A stretch of DNA of 63,964 bases, counting the filler, from an uncultured Myxococcia bacterium (GTDB lineage: Bacteria; CAZTWC01), in assembly GCA_964617105.1 (NCBI GenBank). It is 11 parts of 11 records of this genome, joined end to end, with 100 filler letters (N's around TTAATTAATTAA, not from the genome) between each part and the next. Parts side by side here need not be neighbours in the genome. Positions count along the whole stretch, not along the records: positions 30,492 to 36,378 come from CAZTWC010000242.1; positions 36,479 to 42,333 come from CAZTWC010000243.1; 9 more parts are not named here. One strand, 5' to 3'. The notes below the pieces were generated by a model, which saw only the letters and a list, made by a program, of their open reading frames with translations, ran no database searches and was not told the origin of the DNA. Shown here piece after piece: positions 30,492 through 41,536 of the stretch. Position numbers and translations under genes: made by a program. Each line of letters begins with the position of its first letter. Position 1 is the stretch's first letter.

Positions 30492-33398
30492 ATCGTTTGC
30501 CGTGGCATAGAGTTCCACCTCCTTACCGCGATAGATTTGACTATCTATAGGCTTATCAATTTTGATTTCCGGTCCTTTGCGATCATAAGTTTTAACCGGA
30601 GCATCAGGGGGATATAGTTCACAGTCATAGGTGGAGATTATATTGTAGGTGGGGATCAGGGTGGCGCTGTCATAGCCGCTTTTGTTACGGCCAGTTTGAG
30701 GATCTGAGTCAAGAATAAAATCATCCAGAGGATAGATTAAATCGATCCTGGTGGTATTGGGATTAAGAGTATAGATTGAGGTTGGAGTTGGTTTAATTTC
30801 ATTACCATTTTCTTTACCGTTATAAATTCCATCCTTCAAATCTTGAGCCAGATTATTCACCAGAGTCAAGGCAGTATAAGTTTTGCTCGTTTCCAACCCC
30901 GCATCTTTAGAAATTTTACTGGCCAAAGTATGTAAGGATAAGTTGGCTAAGCCCAATAGTTCACTATCAGATAAACTGTTGCCCCCAATTCCAGGTCCTT
31001 TGGTAAAATCAAACACTGGTCCGGTAATATCTATGAATGGAATTCTTCTATATTGGGCTCCCAAAAGTTTTCTAGATTTGTCTATAGCAGAAACTAAATT
31101 AAACCCTGTTAAAGTTTTCAGATGGTTATCAACCAAATAATAGGAGAGGGTGGTTAACAGGTTAATTGAGATTCCACTCAGATCACCACTGCCACTGCTA
31201 AAAGTTTTTACCATCCGAAACAATTTGTCATCAGAAGTGAATTTTATGATAGTACCGGGCGGTCTTGAAGATGGATCAGCAAATTGAGAGTTCCCACCAT
31301 AAATTTTAAACAGCAGGGAAGCATCTTTCAGGTTATCCAGTTCAACCTGAAAACTAAAGCTTCCATCAGGGTTGCACGCCGAGGAGGTGGTATTACTTTC
31401 ATAAATGGCCTGGCTGGATAATTGCCCATTGGTATAATCCCAAATTTCCAATTTCTCGCACTGCATAGGTTTACCCACTGATACAACGCCTGATATGTTT
31501 ATAGGTGGTTGGTTGTCCACTTTTATGGTGATATTTTTTTTCCCCTCATTACCGGTAATGTCAGATATTTTAGTAAATATTTCATAATCTCCATCCGGAA
31601 TCTGGGTAGTATCCCATATATATTTATACTCTCCTCCTTGACCAATTGCTGAAACCGCTTTGTCATCTATTTTCAAGATAAAATCATTACTTAGACCGTC
31701 TGGGTCAAAGGCTTTGACGATTATTTTAACTATCCCAGCCACTTTCTGCTGATCTTTAAGAATCGTATCCTTATCATAAGCATCCCGGATAAATAAATTG
31801 ATAGTCGGGGCATCTTTATTTACCAGCACCGAAATTTCACCAGTTTCCGGAAAACGGGACACATTGCCGTGCACATCTTTGGCAATAAAATGAAAGTTTA
31901 TATTTTGTCGAGTCTTAATACTGGCGGTATTAAAGGTGGCCTGAAAAATTTCTGCCTTGGGATCTTGATCTGGCAGGCCCATAACATCATTACCCTCAAT
32001 TTTTAATTCCAAAATCCCGGAAGTGTCTTCACATTTTGCTTTTATTTTAAAATCCTGGTTAACAATATCTCCATGCTTTACACTGACTGGCTCCAGGCTA
32101 ATGACTGGAGGTTTATTGTCATATTTTACCGTTATGGTATCGGTCCCGGTTTTGTCGTATAGATTTTTGGCCTGAACTCGAATAGTGATATCCCCCTCAG
32201 GATCTTTAAGACTCTGGGTATCGAATAAAGCAGAAATTGAGGCGGTTTTGCCGGATAAAGTCGGACTAGCATTGGTTATTGGCGGTTTTATTATCTCAAT
32301 TTTATCAATATGGTTGTCATCTTCAGTGGCATGGGCTTCGATTTTTATTACTTTTGATACAATAACATCTTTTTGGGGATTGGTAATTTTTACTACTGGA
32401 GGGGTTTGATCTATTTTGGCCTCAATGTGCTGAGGAAAAATGGCAGATCCGTTCTCGGTTAGAAATTTTACCAATTGATCAACCGCTTTGATCTCTTCTG
32501 GTTTAGTCAAACCAATTTTTTGGCGGAAAAAAAGTTTTATTGCCAACCCCAAATCTTTGCGCAAGGTTTTATCAGTTAAAAAATTATTCCCTACTATCAA
32601 TATCTGTTTACCGTTAACATCGAGTCCGTCAAACAGATTGTCGCCCAGATCAAGGTTTAATTTATCCATTAAAGTAATAACCGGGATTTGAAGGTTGGTG
32701 GCCAATCGGCTTAATCCACCGTATATCAACAATATTTTACCAGGTAATTCGGTAATGGTGGAGATTTGGTATAAACCGGTGGCGCTGTCCACCTCTGGTA
32801 TTGCCAAAGGNNNNNNNNNNGGTGCAGTAAAGTGATCAAACTCACCCAAATGTTCATTGATAAGAGTATAGTCTACTTTGCCAATTGAATTTAAGGTTTG
32901 AGCCAGAGAAGTTATTGGAGTTACATTTATAGATATCTGATCTCCGGGTTTGATATAGCGTAGAAAACTGCGAAACCGGGTGGTATTGGTAACTCTGCTG
33001 CCACTATCCAAGTCGCTAAACTCACCTTCTGATGCCTCCAGCAGAACATAACCCTGGTGAATTCCAGTAATTATGGTGCATTGGCCAGCCCCATTGGTGG
33101 TACAAACCCCTAATTTGCCACCATCTTTGTCTTTGACCGCCACCTTAGCGCCTGCAACCGGGCCGGTGATAAAAAACGTAACATTAACCTTTCCCTCGGT
33201 ATCTCCCCCCAGAGTTACAATTTCCGATTTAGAACTCCCTTTACCTCCACAAGATAAAATATATACACACACAGCCAACAGAAAAACCAGCAGCAATCCC
33301 CCCAAAATCTTTTGGTTGTTCCTTTTACTCTTTACTCCTGTAAAAAATGGTAACATCAACTTCTCCTGTAAGAACGGAAATAATTCACGGGATTTCAA
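30492..33398 (-). CDS. Very large surface lipoprotein with bacterial Ig-like repeats and a duplicated uncharacterised domain (truncated)
   Basis: Lipobox-like YILSC; Ig repeats (D..PP.V.I..P, WDTTQIPDG.Y, D..GN); two copies of a ~300-aa unit. Confidence 0.75.
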
Positions 33399-33422
33399 TG
33401 CTGGATTGAATTATAATTCCGA

Positions 33423-34082
33423 CTATTGACAAACTTTCTGTCCGCCAACTAAATCGGTTTGTCCATCGCCAGTATTATCGTGCCCATCGCATATCTCTTT
33501 GGGGGCACTGGTGGCATTTCTACTCTTGTAACCCTGACATTCTTCCCAAAAATTGGGCACCTTATCGCCATCATCATCTGGGTAGATCTCTTGTAGATGA
33601 ATTTGGTCGCCAAAATCAATTTCAAACACTCCGCCTTCAGGAATTTCCGAAGACAAATTGACCTTTTTCTTTATTATTACCAGGGGCAAATCACCGCTCT
33701 GATCATAATCTTTAATAAAATATGTCAAGATTATTATGGATTCATCCCGGGCAGGAACATAGCAAATAATCTCATCACTATTGACGTTGGCCTGGCAATC
33801 ATAAACACTATCACCCTCTATCTCAAGTTTGGCGCTAAGACTGTCAATTTGGCAATCATTATAAAAAGTTGATTTTAAATTTATGATCAGTTGGTTGTCC
33901 TGAGATTGGTGGCAATTAGGGCAAAATAAAACCATAGGCAAAACCATAAGTTTCCATACCAAATTTATTTTTGATAGAATAATGGAAACAACAATTTTTA
34001 CTGGTGTTAATAAATTTCTAACCGATTTTTCTTGAATCATACCTATTTTTAATGTCTGCATAATATTTTTAATACCTGCCAT
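33423..34082 (-). CDS. Hypothetical Cys-containing exported/lipoprotein with DxDGD and EICDG.DN motifs (true start probably downstream)
   Basis: Hydrophobic segment ending LFCPNC; YPDDDGDKVPNFWEECQG; EICDGHDNTGDGQTD. Confidence 0.6.
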   Translation of the reverse strand: MAGIKNIMQTLKIGMIQEKSVRNLLTPVKIVVSIILSKINLVWKLMVLPMVLFCPNCHQSQDNQLIINLKSTFYNDCQIDSLSAKLEIEGDSVYDCQANVNSDEIICYVPARDESIIILTYFIKDYDQSGDLPLVIIKKKVNLSSEIPEGGVFEIDFGDQIHLQEIYPDDDGDKVPNFWEECQGYKSRNATSAPKEICDGHDNTGDGQTDLVGGQKVCQ

Positions 34083-35631
34083 AAGCGGGGTGTGGCACTT
34101 TTATTTTTACCTGAATTTTTCTGACCTCATCTTCTTGGGTCAAGAAATAATAGGAAAGAGCAGAAGTGGTAACAACTCCACCCACCACACTCCAAAACCA
34201 GACAGATTTATACCATTTCTTCGACGATATATGGGCATTGTCTTCAACCTGATTATTTAGCATGTGGGACAGATTTTTATCCTTTCCGCTATCTGCACTT
34301 GAATTCAAAGTATTATTTTCATTAAGTAAAAACATATTCTCTGGGTTGGTCAATTGAGGGCGATCGTTAATAGGAAACTGTAAATTTCCGCTGCTAAAAT
34401 AGTTGGCCAGGGCAGGAAAGTATTGGTTAACTGAAACACCCGGCCGAAGGGGGATAAAACCCTTTAATAAAACAGTGTTGGAATTAACATCCACCATAAA
34501 TACTCCCACAAATCTTTCCTTTTTACTGTTGTTGGTAAAAAACAGAGCAACAATAGAACTGGCATCGATAATTCGACCATATTTTGAAGACAAATTAACC
34601 ATTTTTTGCTTCAATAGTTCCATATTTTGGACATCACTAAATTTTTCTATATTTTCCTCTCTACTGTTCCCCTTGGACAAAGAGAAAAGAATATCCTTAC
34701 CAGGGATCACTTGCCCCTCAAAACTCAGGTCAAAACGGATCTTATGCAAATTTTTACTGTCTTTTTGGCCTTTTTGGCCTTTTTGGCCTTTTTGGCAAGG
34801 ATTAATTATTCTGGGCCAGGAAAACAGATCCCCTTTACGAACCTGAATATGATAATCTCCACAGGCCAATTTGACTCTTTTAGGTAATATTCCTCTTTGT
34901 CTTCCTTCAATATACAATTGGGATCCGGGCAATTCCGATTCAAAACTCAGTCTGCCTTTTCTACTTTTAATAAAGGCTATTTTGGCTTTTTTTAACCAGC
35001 GCTTTTCATTGGGATTTGGGTTGTGACCTTTAAAAAATGGATGCCGATAATCTGCTTTTAACAAATCCAAATATATCTTTTTGGCAGAGGAAGTTTTTCT
35101 AATCGCCACCAAAAAATAGGCCAGATAAGTCCTGGCCATAGAGATTAATTCCCATTTTTTTTCTGAGTAAGGTGCATGCTGGCGTAAGTAAGAGATCACT
35201 TGCTGCAGATTCTGTAAAGTTTCTTCTCTCTTCTCTTGATATAGAAAATCGGTTTTACTATCTCTTATTATTTTAAGGTAGGATTGGTAGTCAGAAAGAG
35301 AAAAGGGGAGTTCGATAAAAATATTCTCTTTGGCCAGTCTAGTTGAGATTGACTGGCGATCCATTATGTTAAAACGGCCATTAGCCTGCAAAGATTTCTC
35401 CAAAGACTCGGTGGCTAAAACTAACTCTTCCAGAGATTGTTTTGGGGCTCTAAAGCCAATAACCGCCATGGAGTCCTGGGCAAAACCCAGTGTTGTCCAG
35501 GATGAAATCTGGAAAAATAAAAGTAATATTACCAATTTGATGATCAATCTAAAGGCAAACATTACCGGCCAAGAGGGGAGGGGAGGGGGTGTTTCGAAAA
35601 GATTTTTATTCCTGTTGAAGATAGTTTTCAT
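34069..35631 (-). CDS. PEGA-domain exported protein with helical/TPR-like region and C-terminal hydrophobic segment
   Basis: Signal/TM segment, GRLSFESELPGSQLYIEGRQRG.LP...L.CGDYHIQV (PEGA), KKWYKSVWFWSVVGGVV. Confidence 0.75.
   Translation of the reverse strand: MKTIFNRNKNLFETPPPLPSWPVMFAFRLIIKLVILLLFFQISSWTTLGFAQDSMAVIGFRAPKQSLEELVLATESLEKSLQANGRFNIMDRQSISTRLAKENIFIELPFSLSDYQSYLKIIRDSKTDFLYQEKREETLQNLQQVISYLRQHAPYSEKKWELISMARTYLAYFLVAIRKTSSAKKIYLDLLKADYRHPFFKGHNPNPNEKRWLKKAKIAFIKSRKGRLSFESELPGSQLYIEGRQRGILPKRVKLACGDYHIQVRKGDLFSWPRIINPCQKGQKGQKGQKDSKNLHKIRFDLSFEGQVIPGKDILFSLSKGNSREENIEKFSDVQNMELLKQKMVNLSSKYGRIIDASSIVALFFTNNSKKERFVGVFMVDVNSNTVLLKGFIPLRPGVSVNQYFPALANYFSSGNLQFPINDRPQLTNPENMFLLNENNTLNSSADSGKDKNLSHMLNNQVEDNAHISSKKWYKSVWFWSVVGGVVTTSALSYYFLTQEDEVRKIQVKIKVPHPAYGRY
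34761..34796. repeat. Perfect 9-bp tandem repeat x4 (CTTTTTGGC), in frame, encoding CQKGQKGQKGQK
   Basis: Direct reading of 34761-34796. Confidence 0.9.
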
Positions 35632-36378
35632 TGATTATTACTGTTTTCCCCTTAACAATGGTTATCTTTTTAGTTTTTCTGATTTTTTTCTCTCGGTTCT
35701 CCAGCACTAAAGTATATCTGCCAATGGGGAGTTTTAGTTCCATTATCGGGGTAATACCCCTTCTTTTTCCATTAATAAAAATTATAGTCCAGGGGTCGGT
35801 CTGGATAGTAACAAACCCATAACTTTTTGCCGGGGATTTTCTGGTTCTCTGTTTTATTTTCTTTATATTTTGAGAAACACCGAGGTTTACCCGAGATCTA
35901 TCTCTACTTTTCACATTACTATCAGCAACTGCCGTTCTTTTTACTATATCAGAATTTCTAGTTGGACTCAACCCGCCAGATGCTCTATTGTTCTCTGCTG
36001 CAGGTAAGTCTGGTTTGCCTTTAGCAGGTAAGGGTGCTATAGCGGTGTCTGGAGTGGTATTAGCAAGAGACTCTTGTTTACTAGATCTCCTATTTTGCAG
36101 TTCAGAGTTAGCCGCCAATGGAGCAGGAGCCTGACGGGAGTAATATCTTTTCACCAGAACCAATGAACAAATGAAAATAATAAGCAGAAGTACCACGGCA
36201 GCAAACTTCACCTTTCGGGAAACTCCCTTGAGGCGGTTTTGTTCACCTGATCCATGCGCTAAGGAGGCTATGGGCACAGGAGCGGGGGCTGGAGTTGATG
36301 GAGAAGATTGAGGTTGAAATATTTTGGTTTTTTCAACATTGCTCTCAACATCCGGACTAAACAGGGTTTTAATATAAC
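35606..36378 (-). CDS. C-terminal part of a probable membrane Ser/Thr kinase with extracytoplasmic PEGA domain
   Basis: Open to the contig end (YIKTLF..., Pro/Ser-rich linker), TM helix, GFVTIQTDPWTIIFINGKRRGITP...LPIGRYTL (PEGA). The kinase domain itself is not present, so identity is inferred from architecture. Confidence 0.65.
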
Positions 36379-36532
36379 NNNNNNNNNNNNNNNNNNNNNN
36401 NNNNNNNNNNNNNNNNNNNNNNTTAATTAATTAANNNNNNNNNNNNNNNNNNNNNNNNNNNNNNNNNNNNNNNNNNNNTTGCGAAAATAAATAAACTCTA
36501 TCAAATTTCTTTAAATTCTCAGTAAAAACAAT

Positions 36533-37264
36533 ATGACTAATCTAACAGATAAAAAGGCCCTGGTTACTGGTTCCAGCCGGGGTATCGGTAAAGCTATCGC
36601 TATTGAATTGGCCAAGCGGGGTGTCCATGTATGCCTGACTTATAAAATCAATAAAATCATGGCGCAACAAGTAAGTGAACAAATTGTATCTCATGGAGGA
36701 AAAGCCTCTATTTTTACCCTGGATGTATGTTCCCGCTCTTCGATTGAACAATGTGTTAACAAGGTTAAAAAGCATATTGGCCATCTTGATTTTTTGATTA
36801 ATAACGCCGGAATAAACCTTCCCAACGATTTTGACAAAATAGATGACAGTGATTGGGATCTGGTTATCAACACCAATCTTTCTGGTGCCTTTAAAGTCTC
36901 ACAACTGTGTTTTCCACTAATAAAAAAGGGCGGTTCTATTGTTAATATCTCCTCAGTCAGTGGACAGTACGGCGGTCCCCGCACTACCCACTATGCCGTG
37001 TCTAAGGCGGGTTTGATTAGCCTTACCCAAAATATGGCTATCTTCTTTGCTAAAAAGGGGATTCGGGTTAACGCCATATCTCCAGGGTTGATCGCTTCTG
37101 AGATGGCTGGTGCGGCAAAGGGACTGGGAGTGGAAGAGAAGATTTTGCTGGGTCGTCAGGGAACTGCTCAAGAGGTTGCAAAAGTGGCAGCCTTTTTAGT
37201 TTCCGATGATTCATCCTATATTACCGCACAAACTATAAATGTTAACGGCGGATTATATTTCTGA
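36533..37264 (+). CDS. Short-chain dehydrogenase/reductase (FabG-like)
   Basis: TGSSRGIG, NNAG, YAVSK, ITAQTINVNGG. Confidence 0.9.
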   Translation: MTNLTDKKALVTGSSRGIGKAIAIELAKRGVHVCLTYKINKIMAQQVSEQIVSHGGKASIFTLDVCSRSSIEQCVNKVKKHIGHLDFLINNAGINLPNDFDKIDDSDWDLVINTNLSGAFKVSQLCFPLIKKGGSIVNISSVSGQYGGPRTTHYAVSKAGLISLTQNMAIFFAKKGIRVNAISPGLIASEMAGAAKGLGVEEKILLGRQGTAQEVAKVAAFLVSDDSSYITAQTINVNGGLYF

Positions 37265-37306
37265 TGAATTTTGATAAAGTTACTAATGCGGCTAACATAA
37301 GGATTA

Positions 37307-38887
37307 ATGGAGGCGGGTATGGAAAATTCACAGCCAAATAGAGAGAAACTTGATTCACTGCGAAAACAGGAAGACAAGATCAAAACCGTTGAGCAAATGA
37401 TGCAATTGAGTGAAACTTTTCGTCAGCAGGCAAAAACCGTTGTCCTCTGTCACGGTGAATTTGATCTAGTCCATCCAGGACACATTAAATACTTTCAGGC
37501 TTCCAAACGGGAAGGTGACATTTTAATGGTGACTTTGACTCCTGATAAATTTGTCACTAAAGGGCCGGGGCGCCCGGTGTTTAACCAGTTTATCAGGGCT
37601 GAAACCATTGCCTCACTGGAGTGTGTTGATTTTGTGGCCATCAACCAATGGCCCACGGCAGTGGAAACTCTCAAAGCCATTAAACCCAATGTCTATTCTA
37701 AAGGAAGCGAATATTTAAAAAGGGAGGCTGATGTTACCGGACGGATTGCCATTGAGGAAAAGGTGATAAATGAACTTGGCGGCCGGATGCATTTTACCGA
37801 GGAGATAACCTTTAGCGCCAGCACTCTGATTAATCGTCATTTTAATGTTTATCCAGATAAAACCAACCAGTTCCTTAATCATTTTAGAGAGAAGTTTACC
37901 AGCGATGATATTATTGAAAGAATTAAATCCTTGGCAAATATGAAGGTTCTGGTTATTGGTGAGGTAATACTGGATGAATACTATTATTGTGAGGCTATGG
38001 GGAAATCTCCTAAAAATCCCATAATAACCACCAAATATAGATGGCACGAGCAGTTTGCCGGGGGGGTGCTGGCCACTGCCAATCATATTGCTGGTTTTTG
38101 CAATAAAGTTGATCTGATAACTAGTTTGGGAAAAAAGAATGGGGTGGAAAAATTTATCCGGCAACATCTAAAGCCCAACATCAAAGCAACATTTTTTGAG
38201 AATCCCAATGTTCACACTGTGATTAAACGCCGGTTTGTGGATGCTGCCTTTTTAAATAAACTCTTTGAGATCTGCTACATTGATCAGGAACCTATGGATG
38301 AAAAAATAGAAGAAGAGATGATTAGTTATATCAAAGAGGTTATTAAGCAATACGACTTGGTGCTGGTTTCCGATTTTGGACACGATCTTATTAGCCCCAG
38401 AATTGTAGAAACTCTTTGCAGACACTCCAAATTTTTGGCGGTTAACACCCAGACCAATAGTGCCAATCACGGATTTAATATGATCACCAAATATCCCAAA
38501 GCTGATTATGTTTGTATCGATGAACCTGAGATTAGGCTGGCAAAACATGATAAATATGGTGACTTGAAAGATATAATGGATGAAATCACCTATGAACTCA
38601 GGTGTAAATATTTAACCGTCACCCGTGGACATAGAGGCGCAGCCGTTCACCAGAATGGAAACGGTTATAAATTTATTCCGGTTTTCTCCACTAAAGTAGT
38701 GGATACTATTGGAGCCGGTGATGCCTTTTTGTCAGTTACTGCCCCCTGTGCTGCTGCTGGATTTGAACCGGAACTTATTGGATTTATTGGCAATGCGGTG
38801 GGCGCTTTGGCTGTTCAGATTGTGGGCAACAAAGAGTCGGTAGAACCAATGCCTTTGTTTAAATTTATTACCACTCTGCTTAAATAA
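37307..38887 (+). CDS. Bifunctional nucleotidyltransferase + PfkB sugar kinase (HldE/RfaE-like, reversed domain order; alternative start 37319)
   Basis: N-terminal HGEFDLVHPGH, KGPGRP, KGSEY; C-terminal SDFGH, VTRG, DTIGAGDAF. Confidence 0.88.
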   Translation: MEAGMENSQPNREKLDSLRKQEDKIKTVEQMMQLSETFRQQAKTVVLCHGEFDLVHPGHIKYFQASKREGDILMVTLTPDKFVTKGPGRPVFNQFIRAETIASLECVDFVAINQWPTAVETLKAIKPNVYSKGSEYLKREADVTGRIAIEEKVINELGGRMHFTEEITFSASTLINRHFNVYPDKTNQFLNHFREKFTSDDIIERIKSLANMKVLVIGEVILDEYYYCEAMGKSPKNPIITTKYRWHEQFAGGVLATANHIAGFCNKVDLITSLGKKNGVEKFIRQHLKPNIKATFFENPNVHTVIKRRFVDAAFLNKLFEICYIDQEPMDEKIEEEMISYIKEVIKQYDLVLVSDFGHDLISPRIVETLCRHSKFLAVNTQTNSANHGFNMITKYPKADYVCIDEPEIRLAKHDKYGDLKDIMDEITYELRCKYLTVTRGHRGAAVHQNGNGYKFIPVFSTKVVDTIGAGDAFLSVTAPCAAAGFEPELIGFIGNAVGALAVQIVGNKESVEPMPLFKFITTLLK

Positions 38888-39750
38888 TGATAAAAACACA
38901 ACTCAAATATTTGATTATAGGTTCTACTGGCATGGTGGGCAGTGCTTTGGAAAGAGTTAAAGAGCATCGGAATAGTGTTTTTGTAACCCACCAGCAATTG
39001 GATATTTTAGATTTAAAACAGATTGAAGGTGTATTTGATCAGATATCTCCTCAAGTGGTAATCAATACTGCCGCCTATTTAGGTGCTGAACAGTGCACTG
39101 AAAATTCACTATTAGCAACTCAACTTAACTGTAAAGCGGTTTGTGACCTGGCAACGGTCTGTAAAGAGAGAGAGATTTGCCTGGTCCATCTAAGCACTGA
39201 TGCAGTTTTTGACGGTAACAAAACCGATGATTACTATGAAGATGACCTTCCTTTACCGTTAAATATGTATGGGATGACTAAACATCTGGGTGAACTACAC
39301 CTTCAGTCAATTGACTGCAAATACTATCTAATCAGGATCCCTATCCTTTTTGGCTCCCGAAAAAACCAGGGGGAGATCTTTATTGAAAAGATGCTGAAAC
39401 TTGCTCAAAAAGGCGCTAAGGAGTTGAGAGTAGTAGATGACATAATCTCTAATCCCTCCTTTAGTGATGATATTGCCAAAGGAATTTATCAAATTGTTGA
39501 ATCCAACCAGGAATACGGCCTATTTCACTTAAAGAACAGCGGTAAGGCAAGTATGTTTCAATTTGTCAAAACCTTTTTTGAATTTGCAGGGTTGGATATA
39601 AACATTGTACCTGCCAAAGCGGCTGACTTTGCCATGAATGAGAAGGCAAAACGCCCGCTCAATACCTCCATAGGTTCAAAAAAGATTAAACCTCTAAGAC
39701 CCTGGACTGAATCCGTGAAAGATTATTTAAATATGGGCAAAATATTATGA
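38887..39750 (+). CDS. RmlD-like NDP-4-keto-sugar reductase
   Basis: GSTGMVG, STDAVFDG, PLNMYGMTK, KRP. Confidence 0.85.
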   Translation: MIKTQLKYLIIGSTGMVGSALERVKEHRNSVFVTHQQLDILDLKQIEGVFDQISPQVVINTAAYLGAEQCTENSLLATQLNCKAVCDLATVCKEREICLVHLSTDAVFDGNKTDDYYEDDLPLPLNMYGMTKHLGELHLQSIDCKYYLIRIPILFGSRKNQGEIFIEKMLKLAQKGAKELRVVDDIISNPSFSDDIAKGIYQIVESNQEYGLFHLKNSGKASMFQFVKTFFEFAGLDINIVPAKAADFAMNEKAKRPLNTSIGSKKIKPLRPWTESVKDYLNMGKIL

Positions 39751-40358
39751 TAATCGGTATCGATTTTGACAACACCATAATCGACTATAATAATGTATTT
39801 CTAGATACTTCCAAGAGTATGGGATTTCTACCTCAGGATATTTCGGTTGCTAACTTTGGAAAAGAGGAGATTAGAAATTTTATCCGTAGCCTGGACAAAG
39901 GTGAGACCAAATGGCAAAAACTTCAAGCCCAGGTTTATGGCCCCCAAATTAATAAAGCCTCAATCATGGATGGTTTCCTTCAGTTTCTTTATTCGAGGCA
40001 AAAATATGATGATGAGATTTATATTATCAGTCATAAAAGCCTTCATCCTGCACAAGATGAAAATATTAACCTCCGTCAATATGCTCTTGAGTGGTTAGAA
40101 TCTCAAAACCTATTTCATACCTATCTATCTAGAATAAATATATTTTTTGAATCTACTAGAAGGGAAAAACTTGCCCGTATACAACAACTCAAATGCCATG
40201 TTTTTATTGATGATCTGGTTGAAATATTTATGGATCCCCGATTCCCATCTTTAACCTATAAAATCTTATTGACTAAAAATAGCCTCAATTGTTTCAGTCC
40301 ATCTATAATCCAGTTTGATTGCTGGGATAAAATAACTCAACATATTTTGGACCTCTAG
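39747..40358 (+). CDS. HAD-like hydrolase
   Basis: IGIDFDNTI, IISHK, FIDDL.E. Confidence 0.8.
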   Translation: MIIGIDFDNTIIDYNNVFLDTSKSMGFLPQDISVANFGKEEIRNFIRSLDKGETKWQKLQAQVYGPQINKASIMDGFLQFLYSRQKYDDEIYIISHKSLHPAQDENINLRQYALEWLESQNLFHTYLSRINIFFESTRREKLARIQQLKCHVFIDDLVEIFMDPRFPSLTYKILLTKNSLNCFSPSIIQFDCWDKITQHILDL

Positions 40359-40406
40359 ATCGCCTATAACATTAATATAATAGTGACACCCATCATCTGA
40401 AAAAGT

Positions 40407-41525
40407 ATGAACAATAATATTGATAATTTTTTGACTAAACAAAGCAATAGCAATGTTCAGTCAGAAATCAATTTAATCGCTAAAACCGCTGAGGAAGAAA
40501 CCGGCAAAAAGGTAAGCATTATATGCCCTCTTGACCAAGGCGGTAATAACCGTTTATTTAAAGTCAGTTTCAAAGATGATTTTTCGATAATGGTTAAAAG
40601 ATTTTATTTGTCAGATAACTGTCAGGATTTTCCCAGAGCAAAAACTGAATATCAGGCATTTAAATTTTTTTGGGACCATGGCAATCACAAAGTTCCTCAA
40701 CCAATTTTTATTAATTTGCCCAACCAGATTTCCGCGTATCAATTTGTTGAAGGCAAAATTCTGCAACCAGATCAAATCAATGAGAATATGGTTAGCCAGT
40801 TAACAAATTTTATCAGAGACTTAACTCTGTTGTCAAAAACAAACCATACACAAAAGATTGGTGCTGCCTCAGATAGTTGTCTCTCTTTTTCTGATTATTT
40901 GCACAGCATAAAAAAAAGATTTCTAAGAATTCAGCAGGAATTGCCTGAGGATAAAAATTATTTGCCTATTAAAATATTTTTAGACAAAAAATTCAAACCA
41001 GTGTGGGAAAAAGTTGAAAGCAAATTTATGCAGCAGGTTTCCAAAATGATTTTTCCCATTACTCTCAATCAAAAGTTTGAAAAAAAAGAGATGATCCTAA
41101 GTCCATCAGATTTTGGCTTTCACAATTGTTTGATGCAGGAAGATGGACAAATTATATTTTTGGATTTTGAATATTTCGGCTGGGATCACCAGGCTAAATT
41201 GATAGCAGATTTCCTTTTTCATCCGGCAATGGAATTGAGCCATCAACTGAAAACTCAATTTGTAATTCAGAGTTTAACCGAACTTAAAGCCTCGGATCTA
41301 TTGGTTAACCGATTAAAACAGGTTATTGCTCCAGTTGGGCCTAAATGGTGTCTTTTAATATTAAATTTTTGCTGTTCCAGGGTACTGGGCCGAAAGAAAT
41401 ATGCCAATCCATCTATTAAAGAGGAGGAATTTATTTTTCTTCAGTTACAAAAAGCGGAAAACAAATTGAAACAAGTTGTCCGGGGAGAAATTTATGAATT
41501 ACTGCCCAGTACAACAACAATTTAA
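40407..41525 (+). CDS. APH/choline-kinase-like phosphotransferase
   Basis: GGNNRLF, SPSDFGFHN, FLDFEYFGWD. Confidence 0.8.
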   Translation: MNNNIDNFLTKQSNSNVQSEINLIAKTAEEETGKKVSIICPLDQGGNNRLFKVSFKDDFSIMVKRFYLSDNCQDFPRAKTEYQAFKFFWDHGNHKVPQPIFINLPNQISAYQFVEGKILQPDQINENMVSQLTNFIRDLTLLSKTNHTQKIGAASDSCLSFSDYLHSIKKRFLRIQQELPEDKNYLPIKIFLDKKFKPVWEKVESKFMQQVSKMIFPITLNQKFEKKEMILSPSDFGFHNCLMQEDGQIIFLDFEYFGWDHQAKLIADFLFHPAMELSHQLKTQFVIQSLTELKASDLLVNRLKQVIAPVGPKWCLLILNFCCSRVLGRKKYANPSIKEEEFIFLQLQKAENKLKQVVRGEIYELLPSTTTI

Positions 41526-41536
41526 AGGATCTCGAT

